The notes under the pieces are model-generated. The model searched no databases and was not told where the DNA came from. It was given only the letters and a program-made list of their open reading frames with translations. Positions 29,290 through 44,600 of a DNA stretch of 64,000 nucleotides are shown here, piece by piece. The translations under genes and the position numbers were made by a program. This stretch comes from Eledone cirrhosa (taxonomy: Eukaryota). The stretch covers positions 285,572,001 to 285,636,000 of the forward strand of contig OZ024741.1 of the NCBI GenBank assembly GCA_964016885.1, read 5' to 3'. How positions within the stretch are numbered: position 1 is the stretch's first letter; every line of letters begins with the position of its first letter.

Positions 29290-29778
29290 GTTTATAGAAT
29301 TCTCTTGGTCTTTGTCACTCTAAGTAGAGCTTTAAAGAATTAGCTTTTAAAGAATTTACGTTTTCTTTAAATCCATCAACCATGACCGAACCCCAACCAT
29401 CTTATAGAGACTTGAAATATAGGCTTTGTTAGCTTAAGTGAAACTTTAAAATAAGGAGTGGCACCCCAATTTGAACTTGTTTATAGAATTCTTTCTGCCT
29501 TTGTCACTCTAATATAAATTATAGCCTTAAAGAATTAGCTTTTAATGAATTCCCTTTTCTCTCAACCAATGACCTCTACCCATCCTACTCCCCACCCTCT
29601 CCTACCACCTGCAAGATATAAATACCACAACATTTCTTTTAGACAGCCAGATTCCTGATGATTTCTAAAAAATGAAACAGTTTTAGTCCTGTAGAATCTC
29701 ATCTATATTAAAACTTTTATACTCTGCTATGTATTGAGTACCTTACTTACTGTGGTTACCTCCGATTCAACCCGGAAT

Positions 29779-29781
<3 letters not shown>
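29290..29781 (+). mobile_element. Family B copy 4; hammerhead at 29649-29699
   Basis: AGATTC-CTGATGA-tttctaaaaaat-GAAACAG-ttttagtc-CTGTA/-GAATCT; inverted relative to copy 3. Confidence 0.85.
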
Positions 29782-29845
<64 letters not shown>

Positions 29846-29974
29846 TGTATGTATGTATGGATGTTTCTATATATATATATATGGTATTAGGATTGGTCCT
29901 CTGAAATAGCGATGTATACATGAATATATGTATAGTATATTTGGCAATATATATATATATATATACATATATAT

Positions 29975-30113
<139 letters not shown>

Positions 30114-30349
30114 AAAACTAAGACGGTTGAACTGCTTTATGTTGAGTACTCTCTACATTATTACATTACGATTGACCATACGGAATAGACCAGCTCTATA
30201 CAGTGGTGAACCTCAAACCTGAATAAATATATATATATAAATATATATTTATATATATATGTAGGAGGTGACTTTTATTGTTGTACAATAAAGCAATGCA
30301 GATATCGGATAAGAAGCACTCTACAGTTTGTAGGACTGGAGTATACATA

Positions 30350-30635
30350 ATATATAAGATCAAAAGATGGTTAAAAGAGTTCCATGTATTTTATTATGCG
30401 CATTTCAAAAACAAATATCATCATGCAATAAAATTTGTGTTTTCATCACATAAAATAGGAAGACATGATATGAAGGCTAAAAAACACTTGTGAATAGTGC
30501 AGTTTTAAATCAACATATGTTGTCTTCCTATTTTATCTGATGAAAACACAAATGTTATTGCATGATGATATTTGTTTTTGAAATGCGCATAATAAAATAC
30601 ATGGAACTCTTTTAACCATCTTTTGATCTTATATT
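30350..30635. repeat. Fold-back of two ~125-bp hammerhead-bearing arms
   Basis: 30350-30472 is the reverse complement of 30512-30635. Confidence 0.9.
30529..30599 (+). ncRNA. Type I hammerhead ribozyme; predicted cleavage after 30591
   Basis: TATTTTAT-CTGATGA-AAACA..TGTTT-tt-GAAATGCGCATA/-ATAAAATA; 8-bp stem I, palindromic ATGCGCAT stem III; the mirror copy has GTGATGA. Confidence 0.9.
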
Positions 30636-30891
30636 ATATATATAACCACCCAACCACAAATTTATAAATTTATAGGTTTGTAAATTTGTAAATTTATAAA
30701 TTTATAAATATATAATAAATTGAAGTGAAAGCTACTGGTGCGTGTGTTTCTTATTGGCAACATGACTCTCCCAAAGTATAACAATATCGGTTTCAACACA
30801 CGATTTCAGATAAAGAACCTTGCTAAACAAATTCAGAAACGATATATATATATATTTATATATATATATATAGTTATATATATATATATAG

Positions 30892-30971
<80 letters not shown>

Positions 30972-31079
30972 ATATAATATATATATGTGTGTTGGAATAC
31001 AGATAACTGTGAATAGTTGTTGAATACATTTGGACAGGCACACCTGTGAAAATAGCGAACCATGATCATGTTCTTGTTG

Positions 31080-31138
<59 letters not shown>

Positions 31139-31309
31139 TACACACGCACACACACACACACATACATGCACACACATAAATGTGTATGCCTGTGTCTGTA
31201 ACTGTATGCACGTGTTTCTGAGAAAGAATGTGTTCGTGTAACGTATATGTGTATATATAGTTACATAGTTACAGATATTTAAGATAGATAAATATATATA
31301 TATATATAT

Positions 31310-31368
<59 letters not shown>

Positions 31369-31449
31369 CAACCATGGACACAATCTTTATTATAAGGGAG
31401 CATCATTTAGCCAACTCGTAGCCATTGAAATGAAACAGAAAGAAATGAA

Positions 31450-31535
<86 letters not shown>

Positions 31536-31986
31536 TATATACTTGTGATTTTCATACAGCAACATGAAAGTGTTGTTGTATTATGTGAAATGTAAGATTA
31601 CTATTTTGTTACATTACTTTGATATGGTCATTACAATTGTTTCTACTGTTGTCATTTCAGATTTTGCCGTCGTTAGCGGAGCTATTATTGTAGATACTGA
31701 TGTTGATGTTCTTAAACGCTGCTTGATGCTGGATTCTGTTAATCAGGAAAGATGTCCAATTATAGCTAATTTAGACTACCTTCTAGAAAATGCATTCTTC
31801 GTAATTTGATACAATGCATGCAGATATGTAGGTATGCACGTACGTACGTATGTATGTATGTATGTATGATTGTATGCATGTGTGAATGTATGGATGCATG
31901 CAAGTGTGCATGTATGTATGCAGGTATCCACGAATGTCCATAGATATGTAATTATGTATGTAATTACGTATATATATCTATCTATC

Positions 31987-32072
<86 letters not shown>

Positions 32073-32074
32073 TA

Positions 32075-32136
<62 letters not shown>

Positions 32137-32158
32137 CATATATATATGTATATATATG

Positions 32159-32314
<156 letters not shown>

Positions 32315-32599
32315 TAGAGAGATAGAGAGAGAGAGATAATCCTACATGCATATAAGATAACTATGTAAAATAATCGACGCAATCTAGAAATCTACTGCGT
32401 TTGGATAAATTCCGATGCAAGGTATTTTACGGCTCGCTGTTTCACTCTATAACAGTGGGTATTGATAAATTACTAAATACATTTCTCACTTGAATGTGGT
32501 CTTCTCTTCTCTTAAAATCACATATATCTCTGTAAATGTCGGTAGTTTTCAAGGTAATGAGCTAGTTATGGGAAGAAATACGCTAGGCAGTAAGATGAA

Positions 32600-32880
32600 A
32601 TGAAAAGTGTTGAATGAAAGTAACTATAGGACCTTGCATTACAGGGTACTCAGTCAACTCTCAGTCAATAGAATATTCTTCAATTATATATGACTCAGTT
32701 AAATGACATTACGGTGTTGATATAATGTCGCCTGGTTCACTACAGAAATACGCAGAAGATTCTCAATACACAAGCTATCATATCTCTCAGGCATGAGGTT
32801 TTGATGTTAACATTTATTTCTGTGACGGTCACCGATCTCGTTCTCCATTTCCACATCGACTGATTGCTCCACGCATGAAT
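32600..32880. repeat. Old unclassified dispersed repeat, second copy at 34083-34320
   Basis: Shared gaccttgcattacag..actca.tcaactctcagtcaat and gacggtcaccgat..attcca..ctgattg. Confidence 0.65.
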
Positions 32881-34670
32881 AGGTTAAAGAACAAGAAACA
32901 ATATAAAAATGCATTATACATGGATGAGGAAAAGAGAAACAGGCAATGAAAACAATGCATTAAAATAGAAAAGTATTGCATAGAACAATCCAGCTTTAAC
33001 CTCCTATGTAATTCGACAGTATGCTGAACTATAGTTCCAAGTTTCGTCAATTAATTATAAAATCTATTACATTCGATACACGATTTCCTGTATTGTTCTT
33101 TGATTTAGTTTTTATTTCATTAGGAATTATTAGCAGTCAAACTATATTTGTTGTTTCTTGGAATGTTATTGTATTAATCGTTTTGTTTTCAGATTACTTC
33201 ATCATAAAGCAGCAGAGATATTGCTTTCGAATCTGTACAGATGATTTCGATATCTGTGCGAACTGATTGGTGAGAAATTAGCATAAACGTACAGTATTTC
33301 CACACCTTTACTTATTTTCGGCTTTGTTTAAATAAATGTTTATCAAATACCACTTGAGTGGCAGACTTAATTTGTCACCAGGCTTAACCCTACCACCTAG
33401 TTCTTAGGAAACAATTGCAAACATCTGTATCAGCATGTCTGCCTATGAATACATCCTTCCTGCCTGCAACTTATCTAGAAGCTGGTATTGAAAAGAATTA
33501 TAAATACTGCTTTTTCTCATCTTTAATTTTAGCTCTCTTGATGACTGTTCATCTTAATCCTCCAGACGTAGATTGGATTGTAGACGGAACATGGATACGG
33601 GTGTGTTAGTTTCGATAGCCAAGCTGTAAGCCTGATTCTAAGACAATTTCGTCGTTTCTTTCGTTAGTATCTGGCGCTTTCATTACCCATAAAGGGTGGT
33701 GTTGTAATGTCTTTACTTTACGACACATTGTTTTATATGATCCCTTTAAGAGCGAGAATATCAACAATATAAATCTGATTACTTGATTTCCACTACACTG
33801 TCTGAGAGCTATTTGTTAGAAGGTGACGGTAATGTGACAGAAACTACATTAACTATATTGAATTTAATGTGGCCTGTCATGAATTCTGTCATAGTCAGTG
33901 ACTGGGATGTAACTAAACTCTATAGTATAGTACGAGTGAGTTATTAATCTAATTAATTACTAGTCAGTTCGTTAGTCGTAAAAATATTCCGTTAGCAATT
34001 AATCGATATTTGATAACTATATCACTCAGCTATTTGGCGTTGATTAACTGCAATGCTTTTGAAAGATATGCAACAATGTGAGGTTGAATGAAAGCATCAT
34101 TGTCTCAACTATGTGACCTTGCATTACAGTGAACTCAATCAACTCTCAGTCAATGAAATATTACACAGTTATATATGGCTCAGTTATGGGTTACTAACAC
34201 AGAAAACTCTTATAAACAAGCTACGATATATTTTAAGTATGAAGTGTCCATGTTTATATTGACGGTCACCGATAACGTTTTCCAATTCCACCACACCTGA
34301 TTGTCCCACGCACAATATTTGAAAAAAACAAACAAAACAAGAAATCAATAAACAAAAGGCATCCGTCAGACGTGCATTCATACACACTATTCTTCGAATA
34401 ATAAAGATATTTCCTTTCAGACATAAAGCATAGATATTTTCCCACAAAAATTCATATTGTACCAAAAATATTATCTGATTTAAATTGATTCGGTATACAA
34501 AGTAGAAAATATCTCTGAAAAGCTTCGAAACTACCTCCCAGGTAGAAATAACAAATAGTTTTGTCGAAGCCTGTAATTATTTCATTTTGTTTACCCGTCT
34601 TTTGTTATTTTTGTTATGGCTTCTATCTAGGCTCTTGTCAATACCAATATATATATATATATATATATAT

Positions 34671-34751
<81 letters not shown>

Positions 34752-35184
34752 GGTGTGCGTAATTAAGTGTGTGTGCAAGTATGAAAATTTTAACTAATTG
34801 GAGATTCAAATTCTGTCCACCATTGAATTGCTGTCCAATAAATAGAGATGTGTGATTATATATTGCTTAAAGGGGCTTCATCGGAAATCTTTACTCAATT
34901 TTCCCTATAGAAAATGTGATTTGGTAAAGCTTTTTTTTTTGCTGTCTAATGATGAACTATAACAACAATAAAGCAAACAATGGTAGGCCTTGTTTAAATG
35001 GCTTCATTCTTGGAGAAAAATCATTCGGAAGTAACTCCCCCCAAAAGAGCTAATTGTTAACCAACTTGTATCTTCCATTTTGTTCCGTTTATATTATTTG
35101 TAAAGAAACATGAACAATGAGAGAATAACATACCTAAACACATAAATAGAAATAACATCAACAACAATAATAAGGCTTTTTTTT

Positions 35185-35720
35185 AATTTAGAGACTCGAT
35201 CAGCTATTTTAAGTTGGGAATTAATCAAATATTACTCCAGCACTAGAGGTATTTTATTTCATCGACCCTTGAGGGAAGAAAGTCAAAGTTGACATCGGTT
35301 GGATTTACGTAAAGTGTCCTACCTGAAATATCTGTAACTACGTTACAGGTATTTTATTTTATCGACACGGTATGGATGAAAGGCAAAGCTCACCCCGACG
35401 GGATTTGGCCGCAAAACATAAATGGACGTAACTATATGTCACAAAGTATGTTGTCCGACACTTTACCGTTAATGCCATTCCACTGCGCTCCTTTTCAAAA
35501 TAATAATGGTTTCTGATTTAGGCACAAGGCCCACAATTTTGGGGGAGGGGAAAGTAAATTAAATCGACCCCAGTGCATTACTGATATTATTTATCGACCC
35601 CGTAAGGGTGAAAGGCAAAGCTAACATCGGCATGATTTGAGCTCAGAACGCAAGGGGACGTGACTATGCCGCAAAGCAGGGTGCCCGACACACTACCGAT
35701 ACTGCCAATTCCTCGCCCTT
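35185..35720 (-). mobile_element. Cluster of three tRNA-derived octopus-type SINE copies
   Basis: Repeated ttttatcgacccc..gaaaggcaaag..gatttga.ctcagaac core, B-box-like gagctcaaatc on the minus strand, ggcacaaggcc tail. Confidence 0.8.
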
Positions 35721-35754
35721 TTCAAAATAGTAATAAAAATGTTTTATTAAAGGT

Positions 35755-36245
35755 CATAAAGCATGGATGCTGCAGGTTTCCCTTCCCGGCTCGAGCCGGT
35801 GGGGCTGGACCGAGGGGACGGCAAAAGGCCAGATGGCATGACCATCTTCCCCTTCCGCGGTGGCAAACCTCTCGTTTGGGATGCCACTTGCACCGACACT
35901 TTCTGCAGCCGCAACCTGGTGCAGTCTGGGACTAACCCAGGTTCTGCTGCACTAACCCAGGTTCGGTTGAGGAGGCCAAAGTCCCCAAATACTGGTCGCT
36001 CTCCGACGGGTTTGCGGTTGTACTCTTGGCAGGGGAAACTTCTGGTGTCCTCGGCCCTAGGACTACCTCCCTACCCACCACCATAGGCGCTGAGCTGGCC
36101 AGCCGCAGGTGTGAGCCCCGCGAGTTGGAGTGGCTTTTCCAGCGCGTCTCCCTTGCCGTCCACCGGGGAAACGCCTTCTCCATTCTGTCCGCCGGGGTTG
36201 GGGGGGGGGGGGGCACCACGTATCATTCCATTGAATCAAGTTTTT
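35755..36245 (+). mobile_element. 5'-truncated CRE-like non-LTR element, restriction-like endonuclease end
   Basis: EPVGL..DGKRPDG..WDATC.DT, ETSGVLGP, FQRVSLAVHRGNA; GC-rich island. Confidence 0.82.
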
Positions 36246-37226
36246 AAAGTTAACTGTTTATTAGTGATAATATTCTGTATATACCTTGACACAGAAAGAC
36301 GTTTAAGTTATTCAATTTTAGGAAACAATAAAATATGGACTAGCGTAGCGATAAGAGTGTCGGACATTTGAAAAAGTGAAAATCCCTAATGCGAGAGAAT
36401 AACTGTAATAACATATGGTTACTATCGATAATAGCTGAGGAAATTTGGTAAATTATTCTTAGGAACGGAAAAAAGGGAACACAAGCGTTTGGGTCTTACA
36501 CATTTTCAAAATTTAAATAAATGAATGTATTTTACCCCAAACTTACCTTTAGGTAAAATTAGATACGTAAATAATGGTAAAATCCACATATATATCTGCG
36601 TCATTCTGTTGGTGCAGCTATAGTCTGAGGGACATAAACTATGTTGTCGAGTAATCTGTTACTGGTAGCCTGAAATAAGGAGAGAAAATAGTTTATTAAA
36701 AACTAGTAGATAACTGCCGTATTTAATGAATGTAACAGCGTTGAATGTGTTTAGTTGTTAATGTCGAAGATTAGTACGTCGGATATAACAGTCTTACTGG
36801 ATATATCAACAATCATACAATGTGGGAAACGTAGGTTTTGATACATGTATGGTGTGCATAAGAGAAACACTATCGTTTATGTTGATTATTGGCACGTGGA
36901 AGTGATTAAAGACAAATTATATTTAAATAATTTATTTCTGGGATGTAATTAGATAAATATTCAGCATGTAAGTGCAAATGGTAGGCATGAGTAACTTTGG
37001 AGAAGCAACTATTTACAAGGATATCTGTAGATCTTGTGTTTGGAAAGCGAATTTCGTATTATAGAAATATGATTGAGAGAGGAAATGCATTTTGTCTATG
37101 CTTGTGTTAATTTTAAAGAGATATTTGTTTCTACTTTAGGCACAAGGCCAGCAATTACCCAGTTCATTACTGGTGCCAGACAGACAGACATGCAGACAGA
37201 CAGACAGACAGACATACAGACAAACA

Positions 37227-37264
<38 letters not shown>

Positions 37265-37429
37265 TATATATATATATACATAGAGAGAGAGAGAGGGAAA
37301 GAGAGAAATATAGGCACACGTAGGTTACTAGTATTGTTAATTGATTTTTGATCAACACAGTTATAGAAAACGGTAAGTTATATCGTAGTATAAGAAAAAT
37401 AGTTTTAAATCATCTATAAACAATAAATG

Positions 37430-39330
37430 ATTGACGTTGCTCTTATCTTTCCCCAGAAAGTATCCGATTTGTACGCTTATAAAAATCACTGACAATGGTA
37501 TCATTGCACAACAAACACAATCGGTGATAAACTGTCTCCTTGGAAGATGCCCTGCTTTATCTTCACTTTATCTAGTCACTTTATCTTTCCATTTAACCAT
37601 TGATTTCTCCATAAGGATCTTGTCTGATAAAAAATATCGAAACAGTGCAGAACCCAAGAGTGCGGCACCAGGTCATATACCCAAGCAAATGACAGATTGC
37701 TGAGCGTCCTTTTGCCGTTTTTCACTAACATTTTATTAATCATTAGCTGGTCTTTCGTTCCTCTGCTATTACGCCTAACCACTTCTGATCATCGGTAAAC
37801 AGATTTCCTCTCTACATGTGAGTATACATTTCCTCAGCTAACATTCCTGTTAGGAGCCTCCACATCAAAAGAATACATGTAATTCGTCTGAAATTTGAAA
37901 CTTCCTTACACTTACTCACATTTTTCACTATCAAACATGTGCGTCGTTTTGTCATCAATTCTGGTGTTTCTCCAGAACTTTAGACTTTGTATAACTGTGT
38001 AGTTATTACCTCATGTAGGTTGTTGAAGATTTTTTATCCAGTATCCATTTACATGATTTGGTTCACTTGTATTCCATTTTGGCGTTTTCGGGGTTTTCAC
38101 CATCTCTTTTGTTATTTTGATGTTTTCTTGTTTCTGTATACCTGTTAGCCTTTTCCCTGCATCGTTATCCAATCTGCATTATGTTGCTCCAAATTTTATT
38201 CCAAAATGTAATGCTTTATTCCATATCTGGTCTTTCGTCATTGTTCCTTTCGATTCCTTCCAGTTCCGCAAACAATCTTTTTTGTTTGATTCTGGAAGTA
38301 TTGGTTACGTCGTTGCTTTTATTTATTGCTTCACCCCCTCCACCGCTGCATTAATTCCCTTATTCTTCATATGATATTGTTTTTCCAGTACTCCTTTTTT
38401 CCATTTGTTCTGTAATCTTCAGTTTTTCCATTCCCCCAGTTTGCTTAGATCCTTCCTCAATTTCATTACACTGTCCTGAATCCTTCTCTTCACCATAGTC
38501 ATTTTCCAAATTTTTAAATTCCCAACAAATCAGCTACAACATTTGCCCCAACAAGTCCTAAAAGGTTTGTATCACTATTTTATGTTTGGATTGTACTTAT
38601 GACTTCATTGACAAGATTAGTTTTATCTTCACTGTTCAGTCTATCTAGCAACCCTCAGGCTGATTATTTCAAGTTCCTCTGGGCTTTCCTGTTTCGCCTT
38701 CAATATGTTTATAATTTAGTTTCTGATTTCTATCTGCCACCTTTCTTCAACAAAATTTACAACATTTACTGTTTTATTTATTTCAAGAACTCTTTCAACA
38801 TAATCTCGCTAATTTTTCTCTTCGTTATCTGTTTCATGATATAGTTTCTCCCCTATTCTATGTAACGTCTCTGTTGCACTTAGCTTCCTCAATCACTCTT
38901 TTAGTTACCTCTATCTCTATATGCGACAAATGCCTTCTCGTATGTAGATAGTCTGGCTAGGTAGATGTACTTTAGTTGCAGGGTAAACACCTGTCTCGTT
39001 CCAGATAATGACCATTATTTTTCTGTATCCCTTTACTCCTAGCCTATTTCACAATAGCACTCTATTACCATCTCGTTGAACTCCTTTGTCCATTTAACTT
39101 TCTTCACTTTAGCAGTCTTTTGAAGACAACCGGACCCACCCTGTTGAGCAATGGGATATCTGTCGGGCGACAGACTTTCATCCGAGGTTCCAACCTCAAT
39201 TAAGACGTTTCTACATTCAATGATATTTGACATTTTCACTTATTTAAGATATTGTGGTTTAATAGTTTCCTTCCCAGTATTTTTATCGTCCACCATCACT
39301 AGATAGATTGTCTAAAACAGCCTCTATCTA
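37430..39330 (-). mobile_element. Heavily decayed R4/Dong-clade LINE (N-terminus to RT)
   Basis: KVKWTKEFNEMVIECY; RGTKDQLMINK..NLSFAW.YDLVPHSW. Confidence 0.78.
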
Positions 39331-39505
39331 CCCTTAGAGAAAACTATATATCGTGCCAGCTACCAAACTGGTATTTACGATATTTCTCTTAGGTTCACAC
39401 AGGGGAGGGGAAAGTCGATTAAATCGACCCCAGTGCAAAGTCGATTAAATCGACCCCAGTGCATTACTGGTCTTGTGCCTATAGTAGAAATTAGTATTAT
39501 TATTT

Positions 39506-39536
<31 letters not shown>

Positions 39537-40659
39537 ATTTGCAGTTATTGTTATTTCTGGTGTGATAATTACTAAGGATCATAGTCGTAAGACAATGAAC
39601 GGCCATATCTCTTTATTATCGATTCCTTATTGTTTGTGATAATTGAGAGATTGAATGGAAATGATTATGGGAAAAACGCCGCTTAGTAAATGTGATGTGA
39701 TCAGTTAGTGATCTTCGAATTCAAGTATTTTTGTTGCTGTTTTTTCCATGTTTATATTTTTTCAATGAAGGTTTTGGGTTGACATGGTCCTTTGAGAATT
39801 GGGCAAAATGATTTACAAAGATTTAGTTAAAACCATTTTTGTTCTGAGTTCATCTCTCACCGATATTGATGAAATTATGTACCAGTTATTTACGGTGGCC
39901 TAAATAATCGACTTTTACCTCTCAACAAAATGCTGGCCATGTGCAAAAATTAAAACATTCTGATGGACATAGTCGATTGATATAGAGCTCCTTGCTAAAC
40001 CAATACACTAATCGACTTATATACAGCTCCTGGCTCAACCAATACACTAGCCAACTTATATACAGTTCCTTGCCCAACTAATGCACAAAATAATTTAGGG
40101 ATTCAATAAATGAACCCAAAAAATTAATGTCAAAATTCCTGCTTAAAAAATTACGCAATGCTTCACATACCAACACACATTTACACACATTTGCACGCAT
40201 AGATACGTGCAGACAAATAAACACGTACACACACATAAATTTACATATATAAAAACATATCTATTTTTTATCGCAGTTTACAGTGCCATTTTCATAATAA
40301 ACATTTCTGAAGAGTTTATATCATTCTCATATCTTTATTGTTACTTCCACTATAGCATCTGCGCCTTTGAAATTAAAAATTGCGCTGACTAAAGATATTT
40401 TATATTAAATTATTATGCTAATATTAATTCTTTTTATATTTTACTTTGCTCTATAATTGTTGTATAGAAGTATCTTCTTGCCTACAGTTTCTATACAGAC
40501 ATTAGTATCATGTATTTTGTATATATTTATTGACGTATATCTCCTGATAGAGACCTGGGGGTGTCGTAGTGTTATACGGCGTATTAAACCGGGAGGATCT
40601 CATGTCATCTCCAGCTGATTTCGTCCAGAGAAGGAAAGGGGGTGATATAGAGGAAGTGA

Positions 40660-40815
40660 TAAACAGATACAGGGGTGAATCGACTCCAGATTGGTACCAT
40701 GTGTTAGTGATCGCAAAATGATGAATGGCAAATTTGACCTCAGCCGGATTTAAACTCATAATACAGAGAATCAGAACGAATAGTGCAAAGCATCCTGTCC
40801 AATGTTCTCAATGAT
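40660..40815 (-). mobile_element. Decayed SINE of the same family as 35.2-35.7 kb
   Basis: aatcgactccag..ggcaaatttgacctcagccggatttaaactca. Confidence 0.55.
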
Positions 40816-41383
40816 GCATTTTATACGGGATAAATTAGAAGAAAATTATGCGGTATCATCAACGACTTTTCCATCTAAAGTAGAGTTACAGTTGAAAATG
40901 TGAAATCTCTTAGAGACGGAATAGAAATTCGGTTAATGAGATGGATAATATAAGAGCTTACTAATGTACATAGGTTATGGTAGGATAAAACAATTCTGCT
41001 TATTGAATATTTTGTGTAATTTGGATTTCAACCTTTATACTGGAAGAACAATTGATTTCTGTGGAAGAATAGAATAGAAGACAATAGGAAAGTATTCATC
41101 AAAGATAGACTATGAACATTGGTCAAATCAAAACAAAACATATGTTGAATATTTATTATGAGTCTATTAATACTAAAATAACTACTCACTACTCAATCAC
41201 TACACGAATGTCTCTCACTGTATATATATATATATGTGTGGGTATGTATATTTCCTCTGATAGTTTGTAAAATTTTTACATAGATCTATATGATATACAT
41301 ACCAACACACACATATATATCCTAGAAACGATCGTAAAATGATGAATTTTTTAGTATAAGGAACTATTTCTTTCTTTTTATTA

Positions 41384-41457
<74 letters not shown>

Positions 41458-41476
41458 TACATACACACACACACAA

Positions 41477-41515
<39 letters not shown>

Positions 41516-41528
41516 CACACATACACAG

Positions 41529-41559
<31 letters not shown>

Positions 41560-42205
41560 CATGGAAAAAATGAAATTGAAATTTCATTTCTCACTCTTAG
41601 TACGGATGATACTTAAATATAAGTATGTATACGTACATACATATATGTATACAGACGTACAGTAGTATGTATATACATACATACATGTACACATATATAT
41701 ATATGTACGTATGGGTTTACCGAATATTTATTATAATGTTCGGTTTGCTTGTAAACAAACAGCCCGAATTAAGCCTTACAGTTTTCGGCAACCATCGTTG
41801 CCCTTTTGTTCAACACTGACAAAAAAACGATGAAGTAGTTTCTAGCTTATTAGCTGTCATCAGCACCGTATACCTTCCTGTCAATCGATTGAACGTTTGA
41901 AAGTATATACTTTCCTTGTGCATATTAACGGCTGAGCAGCCTAATTTGCATATCGAGTGAGTTAGTCGGCCGGGGGTACCGAAAACGATAAATGGAAAAA
42001 ATGAAATTGAAATTTCATTTCTCACTTTTAGTACGGCTGATACTTAAATATAAGTATGTATACGCACATACATATATGTATACGTACATACATATATGCA
42101 TACAGACGTACAGTAGTATGTATATACATACGTGTACACATATATATATGTACGTATGGGTTTACCGAGCATTTATTATAATGTTCGGTTTGTTAGTAAA
42201 CAAAC
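41560..42205 (-). mobile_element. Diverged 1.5-mer of the retrozyme-like repeat (about 430-bp period)
   Basis: Colinear with the array unit; hammerhead at 41827-41869 reads ACGGTG-CTGATGA..GAAACTACTT-CATCGT, cleavage triplet mutated. Confidence 0.88.
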
Positions 42206-42326
42206 ATATATATATATGTATATATATACATACATATATATATAGAGAGAGAGAGTGATATGTATGTATGTGTATATATATATTAAAATATAAGTATTAA
42301 TAAAATAGATGTTCTCTTTTGATCAA

Positions 42327-42387
42327 TTACATTTTATTATACATATTTCGGATGTACAACAGTACGTCCTCATCAGACAAAATATAA
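42327..42387 (-). ncRNA. Type I hammerhead ribozyme
   Basis: Minus strand TTATATTTTGT-CTGATGA-GGACGTAC tgtt GTACATCC-GAAATATGTATA/-ATAAAATGTAA; long stems I and II. Confidence 0.88.
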
Positions 42388-42579
42388 CGATACATGACAT
42401 ACCCGGAGATGTTAAATGGTTAAGATTTAATCAAGGTAGTGATTAACCCAAGAGAACATTTTACTTATATCCTATTTATGAGAAAATGCGAAAACGTAAT
42501 AAATTCATTGACATAATCATTGGATATTGTTTAACACTTTAATATATATATATATATATATATATACACCTCTATTCTT

Positions 42580-42627
<48 letters not shown>

Positions 42628-42654
42628 AATATATATATATATGTAAATATTCTT

Positions 42655-42743
<89 letters not shown>

Positions 42744-42805
42744 ACTTTACGGACATGATTTTTGACAGCGGTAAGAAATTATTTTCTTATATCAATGTTT
42801 AATGT

Positions 42806-42909
42806 GCTTCCACTGATGATTTATAAGTGCCCACCTAAATATATTCTTACATGAATATATATTAGGCTTCTACATAAACTGGAAACATTCTCCCAAACTT
42901 GTAGAAAAC
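42806..42909 (+). ncRNA. Probable decayed hammerhead in an element spanning about 42745-43115
   Basis: CTGATGA-tttat..cctaa atatattc/gaatatat ttagg..ataaa-GAAACA..TGTA/; stem I weak. Confidence 0.5.
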
Positions 42910-43112
42910 TTATAATGAAACAATTGTTTGGAAAGAGAGATATACTTTAACTTTAATTATATCTCATAAAATAATACAACTGGGTTTTCCACATTATACA
43001 TATTGTTAGCACCCCAAACACTTAAATTGGGTTTATATTTTAATATAACCTAATGTTAGTTGAGTGAGATGGTTACCAGTCAGAGTTTAGCTTTAAACTA
43101 TCTCTGTTATTG

Positions 43113-43390
<278 letters not shown>

Positions 43391-43570
43391 CATATATATA
43401 CATGTATATATATATACACACACACACACGCATATATATATATATATACAGTGAGAGACATTCGACATGTGTGTGGGTGCATGTCTGTGTATGTCTGTTG
43501 GTGTATACATATGCAAGCATCTACAGAGAGAGAGAGAGAGAAACAGAGAGAGAGAGAGAGAGGGAGAAAG

Positions 43571-43645
<75 letters not shown>

Positions 43646-43973
43646 CATGTATATATACAAACCATTAAGTACGTATGTTAGACATTATAATAGGAATTAT
43701 ATGGAATAAACAATGGTAGTACATTAGAATTGAACGAAAAACACAAAAAGCAAATGAATATCAAAACAGAAACAAATAGCAACAGTAAGAGCAACAGTAT
43801 AATAAGACTTCGGCGATAATGAATACATTATAAATATGAAGTACATATCTAGCAAAAGCAAACTGGGAGCCGTAAAATAAATCTTTAATGACAAGACACA
43901 AAAAACAGACCATAAGCACATAAAATTGTGCTTAAACACAACCATGCATATATACGTAAAATAAAATATATAC

Positions 43974-44055
<82 letters not shown>

Positions 44056-44245
44056 ATATATATATCTGTGTGTTTCTCGAAGCACCATCACTAGTGAAAT
44101 GTGTACTGAAATGAAAAATAACGAGTTACGAGTTAATGCTTAAACAGTTTGTATCTAATAGATATAAAATGTTTGCAGTAAATAAACGGAATATCTCTTT
44201 AAGGTCAAAATATTGATTTATAACAAAAGCACAAAGCTGCACATG

Positions 44246-44287
<42 letters not shown>

Positions 44288-44331
44288 GTATAAGGAACAA
44301 GGATTCAGTGTTGCATCATACCATATTTAAT

Positions 44332-44426
44332 AACATATTACATATGTTTCTCTATCGATCAGCTCGAGGCAAGATCTATTATAGATCGAGCCTGAATCTG
44401 TAATCGAAAGGTCGTCAGATATGCTT
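44332..44426 (-). ncRNA. Type I hammerhead ribozyme with extended stem II
   Basis: Minus strand AGCATAT-CTGACGA-c ctttcgat..atcgatag a-GAAACATATGTA/-ATATGTT; palindromic ACATATGT stem III. Confidence 0.85.
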
Positions 44427-44600
44427 AGTGTAACTATATATATATATGTGCGACTTATCAGTGTTACTAAAAGGCAAGAGTTTATTCGAAATTGTGTCAA
44501 TACAGGTTTATAACGTTAAGCGAGTAAAATTTGGCAAGTGTCTCGTAACTCGACCTTAAAGTATATTTTTAGGCTTTAAAGAATACAAGAATGAAGCGAC

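Noticed and set aside
41250-41345. GAAACGATCGTA with upstream CTGATAG
   Set aside because: Core and stem I too degenerate to call a ribozyme
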